Shown here: piece by piece, positions 1-9,351 of the stretch
Numbering within the stretch: position 1 is the first letter of the stretch
How the letters are laid out: each line of letters starts with the position of its first letter
NCBI GenBank assembly: GCA_050952935.1
Contig: JBMNLS010000002.1
Location: 646,988-710,987 of the forward strand
Length of the DNA: 64,000 bases
Direction of reading: 5' to 3'
Source: Christensenellales bacterium
Lineage (GTDB): Bacteria; Bacillota; Clostridia; Christensenellales; Aristaeellaceae
Translations under genes and position numbers: made by a program
The notes under the pieces: generated by a model
The model's database searches: none
Told to the model about the DNA's origin: nothing
Seen by the model: only the letters and a program-made list of their open reading frames with translations

Positions 1-243
1 GTCAGCCAGACTGTGACCCAAAAGGATGTCCACCTGAAAAACCTGGTGGAACTGGTGGAACTGCTGGAGGCGGAAGGCCTTAGGGAGCGCATCGTGCTCA
101 TCTGCGGGGGCGCACGCATCACCCATGAACTGGCCAAAGAGTTAGGCTTTGACGCGGGCTTTGGCCCGGGGAAATTCGCTGAGGATGTGGCCGCCTTCGC
201 GGTGGAGGAGCTGCTGAGACGAAGGAAAATCCGGGATAATTAA
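1..243 (+). CDS. C-terminal fragment of a cobalamin-binding-domain protein (lysine/ornithine aminomutase beta-subunit-like); 5' end outside window
   Basis: Frame 1 is open from base 1 to TAA 241-243. The tail LVELLEAEGLRERIVLICGGARITHELAKELGFDAGFGPGKFAEDVA resembles the end of B12-binding Rossmann modules as I recall them. Confidence 0.5.
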   Translation, partial: VSQTVTQKDVHLKNLVELVELLEAEGLRERIVLICGGARITHELAKELGFDAGFGPGKFAEDVAAFAVEELLRRRKIRDN

Positions 244-259
244 AAGAAAAGCTAAACTG

Positions 260-287
260 GGGCTGTTGCGCAAGCGACAGCTCTTTT
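260..287 (+). terminator. Rho-independent terminator-like hairpin
   Basis: ggggctgttg/cgacagctc stem (about 9 bp with G-U pairs), 6-nt loop, followed by TTTT. Confidence 0.5.
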
Positions 288-945
288 AAATGATCTTCTT
301 TTTATACAGAATGCGCGCCACCGCCATGGTGATCGCGGCGCTAAACGGAATCAGTAGGCTGATGGCGCTGGAGAGGCTGGGCTTAATCAGGAACAGGATC
401 AGCATCAAAATCATGGGCGTGAGGGCGATGCGCCAGTTTTTTGATAAAAAGACAATGGCCAGGCCGCCAAAAAGAGCGGGAAGCACATTGGCAAAGGCAG
501 GGGCCAGGGTGGGGGATTCCAGGATGGGGCGCAGGGTGTTAAGCAACAGCATGCCGATGATCAGGATCAGCGTGGTTACAATGGAGGAGGCGGCGATGGC
601 GATGGTGGAGATAACCTCGCCTTTCTCGCTGTTGGGCTCCACCCCGGCTATTTGCATGGCGCGCAGCGCCGCCGGTACCTTCATGGCGGTGAGGTTGCCG
701 GTCACAAAGCCCAGATAAGCCCCGCCTGAGCCCAGCATGGGCCCGAATGTGAAGGCCTCAATGGCGCCCACCGTCCAGTATACCGGAGCAACGGCAAGAA
801 GCCCCTGAAAAACCAGGGCATAATCGGGCTGCACCTTAAAATACAAAGCGGCAAAGAAGGGATAGCTCATGAACATCAGGATGGCCAACACCAGGGAAAC
901 GCGCCCCCAGGCATGGATTTTTTCTTCGTAAAGGGATGGTTTCAT
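286..945 (-). CDS. Polytopic membrane protein, unknown family (operon partner of 947-1672)
   Basis: Highly hydrophobic ORF. ATG at 945 sits 4-5 nt after GGAGGA, and the upstream gene stops at 947. Confidence 0.6.
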   Translation of the reverse strand: MKPSLYEEKIHAWGRVSLVLAILMFMSYPFFAALYFKVQPDYALVFQGLLAVAPVYWTVGAIEAFTFGPMLGSGGAYLGFVTGNLTAMKVPAALRAMQIAGVEPNSEKGEVISTIAIAASSIVTTLILIIGMLLLNTLRPILESPTLAPAFANVLPALFGGLAIVFLSKNWRIALTPMILMLILFLIKPSLSSAISLLIPFSAAITMAVARILYKKKII

Positions 946-946
946 T

Positions 947-1672
947 CTATCCTCCAATCCAGTTGGTCAGCGGGATGGCAAAGGCCATGGCGCTTAGCAT
1001 GCTGATGGGCATGGCGTAGTTTTCCAGCCATGTCCAGCCCAGTTTTTTGATCGCCAGGCCACACAGGGCCATGATGAAGGCGGAAAAGATCATGACAATA
1101 ACCGGGATGAAGCCTGATAGTCCAGTATGCACATCGGCAAAGACCATGCCCAGGAAAGTGGCGATCATGCCCACAAAAAGGGAATCCATCAGGATGGCGC
1201 TCCAGCGGGCGTCTTTTTCTTTCATGCGCTGGAGGCGGGCCTGCATCTTCTTTTGAAAAAACAGGATGATGAGAATGCCGGACAAAATGCCAAGCGTCAT
1301 CACCCAGGCGATGGAGACATACACCGCCGGGTCTGCCACCGGCTGATCCATTGGCATGGACAGGATTTTTGCCACTGAGGCGGCAGCGGGCAACTCATAG
1401 GTGAGGGCGCCCAGCACTGACAGCCTGAGCCACGGCAGGGGGATGCCCAGAAAACGGGACAGGCTGATAAGCCCCAGCAGGATGCCGATTGCCGGGGCCA
1501 CGCTGAAAATGGCGCTGCCGGTCAGCGTTCCCCGCAGGGTTTGCTTTGTGATGCCCAGCTCCCTTGCCCGCCACCAGGCTTTCACCAGAAAGAAGACGGA
1601 CTGGCCCAAAACATAGAGGATTATCAGCCCCGCCAGCAGAAACAGAAAGGAATCATTGATGGAAAACGGCAT
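947..1672 (-). CDS. Polytopic membrane protein, unknown family
   Basis: Hydrophobic 241-aa ORF; AGGAGG RBS before ATG at 1672; tightly packed in a minus-strand operon. Confidence 0.6.
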   Translation of the reverse strand: MPFSINDSFLFLLAGLIILYVLGQSVFFLVKAWWRARELGITKQTLRGTLTGSAIFSVAPAIGILLGLISLSRFLGIPLPWLRLSVLGALTYELPAAASVAKILSMPMDQPVADPAVYVSIAWVMTLGILSGILIILFFQKKMQARLQRMKEKDARWSAILMDSLFVGMIATFLGMVFADVHTGLSGFIPVIVMIFSAFIMALCGLAIKKLGWTWLENYAMPISMLSAMAFAIPLTNWIGG

Positions 1673-1687
1673 AATGTCCTCCTTGAA

Positions 1688-3007
1688 TCAGGATAGGGTT
1701 TGGATGAAACAGGTGTAAAAAGCGATCATGGCCTGAAGGTTTTCAAGGCTTAAATATTCGCCCCTGCCATGCATCAGCGTTAGCTCATGCTCGCTCACCC
1801 GAACTGGCAGGAATCGGTAGCTGTTCTGGGCCACCTGATCGTAATGCCGACAGTCAGTCCCTCCGGTCATCAGATAGGGGGTGATGACAGCATCGGGAAA
1901 AACCTGCGCAATGGCGCGCTTTAGGTGATGCATGCCAGCGCTGTCAAGCGCAGAGGCCCGGGTGGGCTCGTCCCGGAGAATCGTCTCCATCTGAAAGGGG
2001 ATCCCCAGGCTGCGCAGGCGCTCCAGCACCGCCTCTGAGCTGTCCCCTTGCAGGGTGCGGATGTTGGCAGTGCAGGAGGCGGTTTTAGGCAGCACATTGT
2101 GAGAGCTGCCCCCGGAGGCCTGGGTGAAGGCCACGGTGGTACGCGCCATGGCAGCGGTCTGACGGTTTTTAAGCAGCGTTTTGATGATCAGCGGGGCGAA
2201 AAGCTCCGGATGGCCAAGCACAAACCCCTGGATGCCGGGCTTATGTGGGGCGATGGCTTTCAGCATTCCTTTAACGGTGTCTGTCAGCCTGGGTTTGGCT
2301 GGGCGGGCTTCGGCCATGCTGACAAAGCGGGCCATGGCGCCCACGGCAGTGGTCGCGGGCGGGGTTGAAGCATGGCCTTCTGCCCCCTCAAAGGTGAACC
2401 TGAAGCTGGCGTGCCCCTTTTCAGCCACGCCGACCACTGCGATGGGCTTTTCAATGCCCATCATAGCGCCGTCCGCCACGGCCCCGCCCTCATCCAGCAC
2501 ATGATCAAACAGCAGGTCCTTGGCTTTGAAATAGGCGGCGATATGCTGTGCGCCGTGGGCGCCGCCCACCTCCTCATCAAAGCCAAAAGCTAGGTAGATA
2601 TCAAAGGGCGGCAGAAACGCAGCTTCAATCAAGCGGGTGACCGCTTCCATGATGGCAATCAGGGATCCTTTGTCATCAAAGCTGCCCCGGCCATAGATCC
2701 TGCCCTCCACGATGCGGCCAGAAAATGGGGGATAAGGCCAGCCTTCGTCGATGGCGGGTACCACATCATAGTGGGCGGTGAGCAGAATGCGCCGGCTGCT
2801 TTCCTTTCCCGGCCAGCGGAACACCAAACCATGCTGGTTGACGACTGTTTTTTCGAGCTTCTGGTGGATAAGGGGGTAGGCTTTCTCCAGAAAGTGTTCA
2901 AAGGCTGAAAAGATCGTTAGATCCATCAGCTTGATGTCCTGGTGGGATACGGTAGCAAAGGCAATAGCCTGGCTTAGACGCTCTGCGGCCTGGTTGATAT
3001 CGCTCAT
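1688..3007 (-). CDS. M20 family metallopeptidase/amidohydrolase (carboxypeptidase/deacylase-like)
   Basis: M20 motifs LTAHYDVVP, GRGSFDDKG and GFDEEVGG. Start chosen at MSDINQ (3007) behind an AAAGGA RBS; the longer ORF reaches 3043. Confidence 0.8.
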   Translation of the reverse strand: MSDINQAAERLSQAIAFATVSHQDIKLMDLTIFSAFEHFLEKAYPLIHQKLEKTVVNQHGLVFRWPGKESSRRILLTAHYDVVPAIDEGWPYPPFSGRIVEGRIYGRGSFDDKGSLIAIMEAVTRLIEAAFLPPFDIYLAFGFDEEVGGAHGAQHIAAYFKAKDLLFDHVLDEGGAVADGAMMGIEKPIAVVGVAEKGHASFRFTFEGAEGHASTPPATTAVGAMARFVSMAEARPAKPRLTDTVKGMLKAIAPHKPGIQGFVLGHPELFAPLIIKTLLKNRQTAAMARTTVAFTQASGGSSHNVLPKTASCTANIRTLQGDSSEAVLERLRSLGIPFQMETILRDEPTRASALDSAGMHHLKRAIAQVFPDAVITPYLMTGGTDCRHYDQVAQNSYRFLPVRVSEHELTLMHGRGEYLSLENLQAMIAFYTCFIQTLS

Positions 3008-3029
3008 GACATGTTCCTTTTTTGTATTC

Positions 3030-4460
3030 TTAGAAGGGGCCAAGGCCCATCAGGTGAGCCGCCAAAAGCCATACCAGGCTGAGCAGCACCAGCAGGCCTT
3101 GCAGCGGCAGCGTCCAGCGGAGCCATTTGGGATAGCTGACGACGCTCAGCCCCAGCGCGATCATGAGGGCGGCGTTGGTGGGGTAGAGCAGGTTGCTGAA
3201 TCCATCGCCAAATAAATAGGCTTGAACCGCTACCTGGCGGTGGATGCCCAGGATATCTGTCAGTGGAAGCAGAATCGGCAGCATGAGAAAGGCCTTGGCG
3301 GAGCCTGAGCTGATGAAGAAATTCATCGCGAGCACCATGGCGTACAGCAGGAAAAGCCCGGCGATGGGGGATAGCCCCTGGAAGCGGCTGGCAGCCTGGT
3401 GAAGGAGATAGTCCATCACCAGGGAACGGGTCATGATCAGCTTGATGCTCATGGCCATCAAAATCAGCAGCACCGCCGGGGCAACGTCCGCCATGCCGCG
3501 CAAAAATGATTTGCCCGCGCCGCGAAAGCCCATCACCCCGCTTTTGACGACACTGAAGAAAGACAAGAGCACAAACAGGATGGCGATGAGGGGGAAAAGC
3601 AGGGAGGAAAGGGTGGGGATAAAAAAACTGGCAATCAAAAGGAGGGGCAGCAGCGCCAGCCCAATGCTGAAATAGACCAGGCCCCGGTCAAGGCGGGGAT
3701 CTTGGGCCAATGTTTCGGATGCTGCAAGGACCTGATCCTCCTGATAGACAGGGGAGAGGGCGGGGTTTTTCTCTATGCGTTTCACATATCGCAGCAGGAA
3801 AAGCTGCAGGATGGCATAGACGCTGATAAAAACCAGCGCCCGGAAGCCCAGCGCTGACCAGGCGGGAAGCTCCGCCAGCTGCTGTGCCACGCCTACGGTG
3901 AAGGGGTTGATGGTGGCGGCGCTAAAGCCAAGCCCTGAGGACAGGAGGCTGATGCCAAGGCCCGTCATGGAGTCCCATCCCATGCGCAGGGCCAGGGCAA
4001 TGCAAAAGGGCGCCATGATGATCAGCTCTTCAAAGATGCCAAAGACAGAGCCAAACAACATGAAAAACAGGCTGATCAGCATCAGCAGCAGATACCTTGC
4101 CCCCTGAAAGCGCTTGGTGATGCGCGCCATCAGCTGGGACACCATGCCGCAATCCAGCAGGACGGTGAAGCTGCCGCCAATCAGCAGCAGGAAAACAAGG
4201 ATGACGCTGACAACGCTGGCATCATCGGAGAGAAAAACCTCAATAGGGGCGGTGAGCGTGCGCCAGAGGGGAATCGGAGGCTTGTCCACCAGACGAAAGG
4301 TGCCAGGCAGGATTTTTTCGCGGCCGTCTTCCACCGCCCGCTCAAATGCGCCAGAGGGCAAGGCGTAGGACAGCACAGTGGCCAAAACCATCAGCCCCAG
4401 CAAGACGCTGAGGGACAGCATAAAAGAGCGTTTGCTGATTTTAATTGATTGCTGTTGCAT
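3030..4460 (-). CDS. YfcC/C4-dicarboxylate-anaerobic-carrier-type membrane transporter
   Basis: 476-aa polytopic protein whose N-terminus (ISKRSFMLS...LPSGAFER...) is typical of YfcC-family proteins; GGAGGA RBS. Confidence 0.65.
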   Translation of the reverse strand: MQQQSIKISKRSFMLSLSVLLGLMVLATVLSYALPSGAFERAVEDGREKILPGTFRLVDKPPIPLWRTLTAPIEVFLSDDASVVSVILVFLLLIGGSFTVLLDCGMVSQLMARITKRFQGARYLLLMLISLFFMLFGSVFGIFEELIIMAPFCIALALRMGWDSMTGLGISLLSSGLGFSAATINPFTVGVAQQLAELPAWSALGFRALVFISVYAILQLFLLRYVKRIEKNPALSPVYQEDQVLAASETLAQDPRLDRGLVYFSIGLALLPLLLIASFFIPTLSSLLFPLIAILFVLLSFFSVVKSGVMGFRGAGKSFLRGMADVAPAVLLILMAMSIKLIMTRSLVMDYLLHQAASRFQGLSPIAGLFLLYAMVLAMNFFISSGSAKAFLMLPILLPLTDILGIHRQVAVQAYLFGDGFSNLLYPTNAALMIALGLSVVSYPKWLRWTLPLQGLLVLLSLVWLLAAHLMGLGPF

Positions 4461-4473
4461 CGCTTTCCTCCTG

Positions 4474-5502
4474 CTATAACATTTCTATAGCATGGATCAG
4501 TTCCTGAAGATCCCCGTCGCTGGTGGCCCAGCTGGTGCAAAAGCGCACTGCCCACACTCCGGGTTCCATCTCCTGTATGCGGGAGAAGGCAAAATCCCTG
4601 GCAAGCGCTGTGATTTGCGCCTCATTCAGGATGGGGAACTGCTGGTTGCTGGGGGAATCGCACAGGAAGGGGATGCCCTTTGTGGTAAAAGCCAATTTAA
4701 TGCGCATAGCTTTTTCATTGGCCTGCCTGGCCAGGATGAGGTAAAGGCCATCTTTGAGAATCGCTTCAAACTGCAGCCCCATCAGGAAGCCCTTGGCCAG
4801 CATGCCGCCCCGCTGTTTGATGTGATAGCGGAAATCCTTTTGAAGGGCGGGGCTGGTGATCACCAGGGCCTCGCCGAACAGCAGGCCCTGCTTGGTGCCG
4901 CCGATGGTAAAAGCGTTGCAGCAGGATGCGATATCGGCAAAAGACATTCCCCCCGCTGCCATGGCATAGCCCAGCCGCGCGCCGTCCAGGTAAAGGGGAA
5001 GGTTCAGCTCCCGGCAGCAGGCGGACAGGGCTTTCAATTCCTTGATGGTGTATACGCTGCCCAGCTCCGTGGTGTTGGAGAGATAGACCATGCCGGGCTG
5101 AGGCGTGTGCTCCCGGGTGGGGTCAGCCCAGTGGCCCGCCACAAAGGTACGGATTTGCTCCGGCGTGATCTTGCCGTCTGTTTGCGGCAGGGCCAGCACC
5201 TTATGGCCGGTGGCCTCAATGGCGCCGGTCTCATGGGCATTGATATGCCCCGTATCAGCGCAGATGACCCCCTGGTGGGGGCGTAGCGCCGAGGCGATGA
5301 GGGTGAGGTTGGCCTGAGTGCCGCCGGAGAGATAATGAACAGCCGCGTCAGGCGCCCGGCACAATGCCCTGATCATATCAGCAGCCCTTTGGCAGGCCTT
5401 ATCCTCGCTGTAGCCGGGGAAGGTCTGCCCCTGGGCCTGGGCGATGGCCTCTATCACCGCCGGAGCGGCTGTTTGGTCATAGTCGTTCATGAAAGAGATC
5501 AT
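4474..5502 (-). CDS. Threonine aldolase / beta-eliminating lyase family PLP enzyme
   Basis: 342 aa with SGGTQANL and the GGTKQG PLP-lysine motif; GGAGGAGG RBS 10 nt upstream. Confidence 0.75.
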   Translation of the reverse strand: MISFMNDYDQTAAPAVIEAIAQAQGQTFPGYSEDKACQRAADMIRALCRAPDAAVHYLSGGTQANLTLIASALRPHQGVICADTGHINAHETGAIEATGHKVLALPQTDGKITPEQIRTFVAGHWADPTREHTPQPGMVYLSNTTELGSVYTIKELKALSACCRELNLPLYLDGARLGYAMAAGGMSFADIASCCNAFTIGGTKQGLLFGEALVITSPALQKDFRYHIKQRGGMLAKGFLMGLQFEAILKDGLYLILARQANEKAMRIKLAFTTKGIPFLCDSPSNQQFPILNEAQITALARDFAFSRIQEMEPGVWAVRFCTSWATSDGDLQELIHAIEML

Positions 5503-5671
5503 AGCGCGGTTTCCTCCTCCAAATCATCAGGGTTTGTCAGGCTATTAATCGAAAACCAAAAACGGGATAATACCTCCACAGTTGAAGCCCTGGAAAGCAA
5601 GCAAAATCAATGCTTTTAAGGCTTGTATTTTTTGCTTATCGCGTTGCATTTGTGTTCACTTTCCCTGCCTT

Positions 5672-5701
5672 TATTGTGCTAGATATCATTATAGCACAAT
5701 A
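5672..5701. promoter_or_regulatory. Perfect 10-bp inverted repeat (candidate operator) in a divergent intergenic region
   Basis: tattgtgcta (5672-5681) and tagcacaata (5692-5701), separated by 10 nt. Confidence 0.35.
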
Positions 5702-5833
5702 GAACAGGAGGCTGCGATATGTGTCTTAAAAAAGATCGTGTCAATGCCCGGCGCTTTGCACATTTACCCAGCATATGTTAATATATAAACAGTGTTGTTA
5801 AACTGACGATGCAATGTATTTGAGGAGGACAAT

Positions 5834-6421
5834 ATGCACAAATCCGGAGAGTTGAGTATGAACATAATCGAAGCTATTTCGACCCGCAGAAGCGTTCGTG
5901 TCTATACCGACGAAATGATAGAGCGTGAAAAACTGGACGAGCTCATCAAACTGGGCACCTTGGCCGCGTCGGGTAGCAACATGCAGCCTTGGGGTTTTGT
6001 GATCATGCAGGGCAAAGAAGAGATTGAAAAACACGATGAGCCTGCCAAAGCGGCTCTGCTCGCTTATCTTGACAAAGATTCGCGTTTTGAGCGTTACCGC
6101 AAGCATGCGGAAAATCCGGATTACAGGATATTTCACAACGCATCCAATATGATACTGATCTATGGCGATGGCAGCCGTCCCTTTTATATAAACGATTGCA
6201 CGCTTGCGGCTTCCAATATCATGCTCGCCGCTCACGGAATGGGAATGGGGACATGCTGGATCGGTCTTGCCCATGGCTATTTTAACTCGCCCGAGTTTAA
6301 GGCATCACAGTCTGTGGCGGAGGGATATGAATTGGTCTGCGCGATGACGATCGGCTATCCGGCAGAACCCGTAACAAAACCAGCAATACGGAAAGACCCG
6401 ATTATCTTCAACCGCAGCTGA
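5834..6421 (+). CDS. Nitroreductase family protein
   Basis: IEAISTRRSVRVYTDE N-terminal motif and SNMQPW; GAGGAGGA RBS just upstream. Confidence 0.85.
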   Translation: MHKSGELSMNIIEAISTRRSVRVYTDEMIEREKLDELIKLGTLAASGSNMQPWGFVIMQGKEEIEKHDEPAKAALLAYLDKDSRFERYRKHAENPDYRIFHNASNMILIYGDGSRPFYINDCTLAASNIMLAAHGMGMGTCWIGLAHGYFNSPEFKASQSVAEGYELVCAMTIGYPAEPVTKPAIRKDPIIFNRS

Positions 6422-6441
6422 CGCTTCATTGCGTTGTGGTT

Positions 6442-7500
6442 TTAAGATATTTCATCATGACTTGTTAAGTCTTCAGCCTTTAGCAGCATCAGCTCATCCC
6501 GGGTGACAGTTTCCTGACCCGCCAGGCGGTTGGCCTGGCGGGAAATGGCCTGTTCAAACAGGTTGCGCACGCCCCGGGCATTGCCAAAGCCGATGTTGTC
6601 CTCGCTTTCTTCCGCAAGGATCTTGGCCAGATCATTCCGGGCAGATTCCTCCAGCCGGTAGCCCGCCTTCTGGCAGCGCATGTCAAAGATGGCAAGCATC
6701 TCTTCCACCGTGTAGTCCGGGAAATAGAGAAAGCGGTTGAACCGGCTTTCAAGGCCGGGGTTGGAATGAACAAAATCATTCATCAAATCCACATAGCCCG
6801 CCACGATCACCACCAGGTCATCCCGATGGTCTTCCATGGCTTTTAAGAGCGTTTCCACCGCCTCCTGGCCATAGTCCTGGGGGCCCCGGGTGGTGAGGGC
6901 ATAGGCCTCGTCAATAAACAGCACGCCGCCCATGGCTTTTTGAACGACTTCCCCAGTTTTGATGGCTGTCTGCCCCACATAGCCCGCCACCAGGCCGCCC
7001 CGGTCAACCTCCACCAAGTGTCCCTTTGAGAGGATGCCCAGGCTGTGGTAGATGCGGCTCATGAGCCTGGCAATCATGGTTTTGCCGGTGCCTGGGTTGC
7101 CGGAAAACACCATATGGAGGGACAATTCCTCCGTGGGCAGGCCATGCTCCTGCCTGAGTTTATTCACCTTCACCAGGTTGATGAGGCTTTCCACCTCCGC
7201 CTTCACCACGGTGAGGCCAATGTAGGCATGCAGCTCTTCTTTCAGCTTTTCAATGTCTTCCGGCGGGGGCGTTTCCTCTTTCTGGGGCTCGGTTTCCTCC
7301 TGGTTTTTTTTGTCAGGCTGGCCAAACACATCCGGCACCGGCGGGAAGCCCGGCGGTGGGGTGGACTCTTCAATGGGGTTAGAAACAGGGGCCGGGTTTC
7401 TGCCCCATAAATCCTGACCTACATCCCGTAAATTCTTCTCCGTCATCTGCCTGATGATCTCATTTTGCAGCCGGATAATCTCCTCTTTGCGGTCAGCCAT
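6442..7500 (-). CDS. AAA+ ATPase, SpoVK/CbbX-like, with a Pro/Glu-rich N-terminal region
   Basis: Walker A GNPGTGKT, Walker B LFIDEAY, and the SpoVK-type context ARLMSRIYHSLGIL. Confidence 0.8.
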   Translation of the reverse strand: MADRKEEIIRLQNEIIRQMTEKNLRDVGQDLWGRNPAPVSNPIEESTPPPGFPPVPDVFGQPDKKNQEETEPQKEETPPPEDIEKLKEELHAYIGLTVVKAEVESLINLVKVNKLRQEHGLPTEELSLHMVFSGNPGTGKTMIARLMSRIYHSLGILSKGHLVEVDRGGLVAGYVGQTAIKTGEVVQKAMGGVLFIDEAYALTTRGPQDYGQEAVETLLKAMEDHRDDLVVIVAGYVDLMNDFVHSNPGLESRFNRFLYFPDYTVEEMLAIFDMRCQKAGYRLEESARNDLAKILAEESEDNIGFGNARGVRNLFEQAISRQANRLAGQETVTRDELMLLKAEDLTSHDEIS

Positions 7501-7657
7501 TTCGATGTTCTCCCTTTACACATTATCTGCTTGGCATTATAACACAGATAGCAAAAAGCCTACATCATATTTAAGGGAGGGCGGCCTGCTTCTCCGGCCT
7601 TGAAAGCGGGCGCGGGAAAGGCTATGATGGTATTATCAAATCAGGGAGGATCATCGG

Positions 7658-7996
7658 ATGAAAAAGGTGCTGTTTTATGGCATGACCGGCGAGAAGAGCT
7701 GCTTTATGCATGTGCTGCTCAATGCCGTGGATCTTCATGGCGCGGGCCATGAGGTCAAGGTGGTGTTTGAGGGGGCGTCTGTCAAGCTGCCGGCTGTGTT
7801 TGAAGGTGAGAAGAATTCCATTTATCTTCAGGCAAAGGAGGCGGGACTGCTGGCAGGCATCTGCTTGGCCTGCTCCAAAACCCTGGGCGTGTTTGAGGCG
7901 AATCAGGCCCTGGGCCTTCCCATGCTGGGGGAGATGAAGGGACATACCGGGGTGAAGCCCTTCCTGGAAGCGGGCTATGAGGTGATCAGCATCTAA
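7658..7996 (+). CDS. DsrE/DsrF-like small protein
   Basis: 112-aa ORF with GGGAGG RBS. The alpha/beta pattern and ICLACS motif resemble DsrE-family proteins; recollection only. Confidence 0.45.
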   Translation: MKKVLFYGMTGEKSCFMHVLLNAVDLHGAGHEVKVVFEGASVKLPAVFEGEKNSIYLQAKEAGLLAGICLACSKTLGVFEANQALGLPMLGEMKGHTGVKPFLEAGYEVISI

Positions 7997-8001
7997 AATC
8001 T

Positions 8002-9287
8002 ATGCGGCATAAACTATCAGCGCTGCTGCGGCGCAATCAGCTTTTGGCGGCGTTATTTGACCTGCGGGGCAATGCCCGCTATTGCCTGTTGTTTGAGCCC
8101 ATGTGGGGCATCCCTAACACGCTCTATCTGCCGCTTGTGTCCAAATATATGGAGGCGCTGGGCTTGGGGGCGCTTGAGATCGGCATTGTGCTCTCGGTGA
8201 ACCTGCTCAGCCAAATGGTGGCGGCGGCCCTTAGCGGCGCTGTGACTGACAGGCTTGGCCGCAGGCGCACCACCATGCTGGTGGATTTTATCGCCTGGTC
8301 GCTGCCCTGTCTGCTTTGGACGATGGCCCAGGGTTTTGTCTGGTTCCTGGTGGCGGCGCTGTTTAACGGCCTGTGGCGGGTGACGGAGAACTCCTGGAGC
8401 CTGCTGATGGTGGAGGATGTGCCCAAGGACAAGCTGGTCAGCATCTATGCTCTGTCTACTGTGGCGGGGCTGCTGGCCGGCTTTGTATCGCCGCTGACCA
8501 GCGTTTTAGTGGGGCGTTTTTCGCTGGTTGCCACCATGCGGGGGCTGTATCTGTTTTCCTTTCTGTCCATGACCGGGAAGGCCGTGATGCTTTATCACTT
8601 CACCCGGGAAACCCTTCAGGGGCAAAAGCGCATGGCGGAGCTTAAGCCTTATCCATTCTCCCGTGCCTTTCGGGGCAGCTTTCGGGTGCTGGGGCAGATG
8701 CTGAAAAACCGCCCGCTGATGCTGGTGTTGGGCATTATGTCCTGCGTGATGGTGACCAGAAGCGCCACGGAAAACTTCTGGCCGCTGTTGGTGACAGGTG
8801 GTCTGGGTATTCAAGAAGGGGCGTTGCCGCTGCTGTCCACCCTTAAATCGCTGGTGATGCTTGCCTGTTTTTTCCTGCTGAGCCACCGCATCAGGCCTGC
8901 CTTGTATTTAAGACCGATGAGAGTGGGGCTGACGATATTGCTGGGGCTTTATTTGATGCTGCTGGCGCTGCCCCAAAAACTGGCCTGGGTGGTTGTGCCG
9001 GGCGTGCTGGCAGAGGCATTGGCGCTGAGCATTCTGATGCCGCTGTTTTGTTTTCTTCCCTGCAGATGTTGCTGCTTGATCCGGGGGAGCGGGCGAAGAT
9101 GTTTGGCTTGTCGCTGTCCTTCTGCCTGCTGGTGACATCCCCCTTCGGTACCCTCAACGGCCTTCTTTCCCGGCTGCACCTGGCGCTGCCCATGGGCGTG
9201 TGCGCTCTGCTGGTGGGCCTGGCCCTTTGGCTGCTGCATGTGCTTAAAAAGTGCCTTTCGCCTGAAACGCTGAACCCGCAATCATAA
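8002..9287 (+). pseudogene. MFS transporter interrupted by a frameshift near 9046-9051
   Basis: ORF 8002-9135 is MFS-like until about residue 348, then reads a Cys/Arg-rich nonsense tail. ORF 9048-9287 in another frame continues with a plausible TM sequence (SLSFCLLVTSPFGTLNGLLS...). Confidence 0.7.
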
Positions 9288-9294
9288 AACAAAC

Positions 9295-9332
9295 AAGGCT
9301 TGGAAGCTTTCGTCAGAAAAGCGCCAAGCCTT
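9295..9332. terminator. Bidirectional hairpin between convergent genes
   Basis: aaggcttgg...ccaagcctt outer stem plus gcttt/aaagc inner stem. Confidence 0.55.
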
Positions 9333-9351
9333 ATTACTGATCACGGAATAT

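Noticed and set aside
9048-9287. Independent 79-aa gene downstream of the MFS ORF.
   Set aside because: It starts with TTG inside the MFS gene, has no RBS, and reads as the missing last TM helices. It is interpreted as the frameshifted 3' part of the MFS gene.
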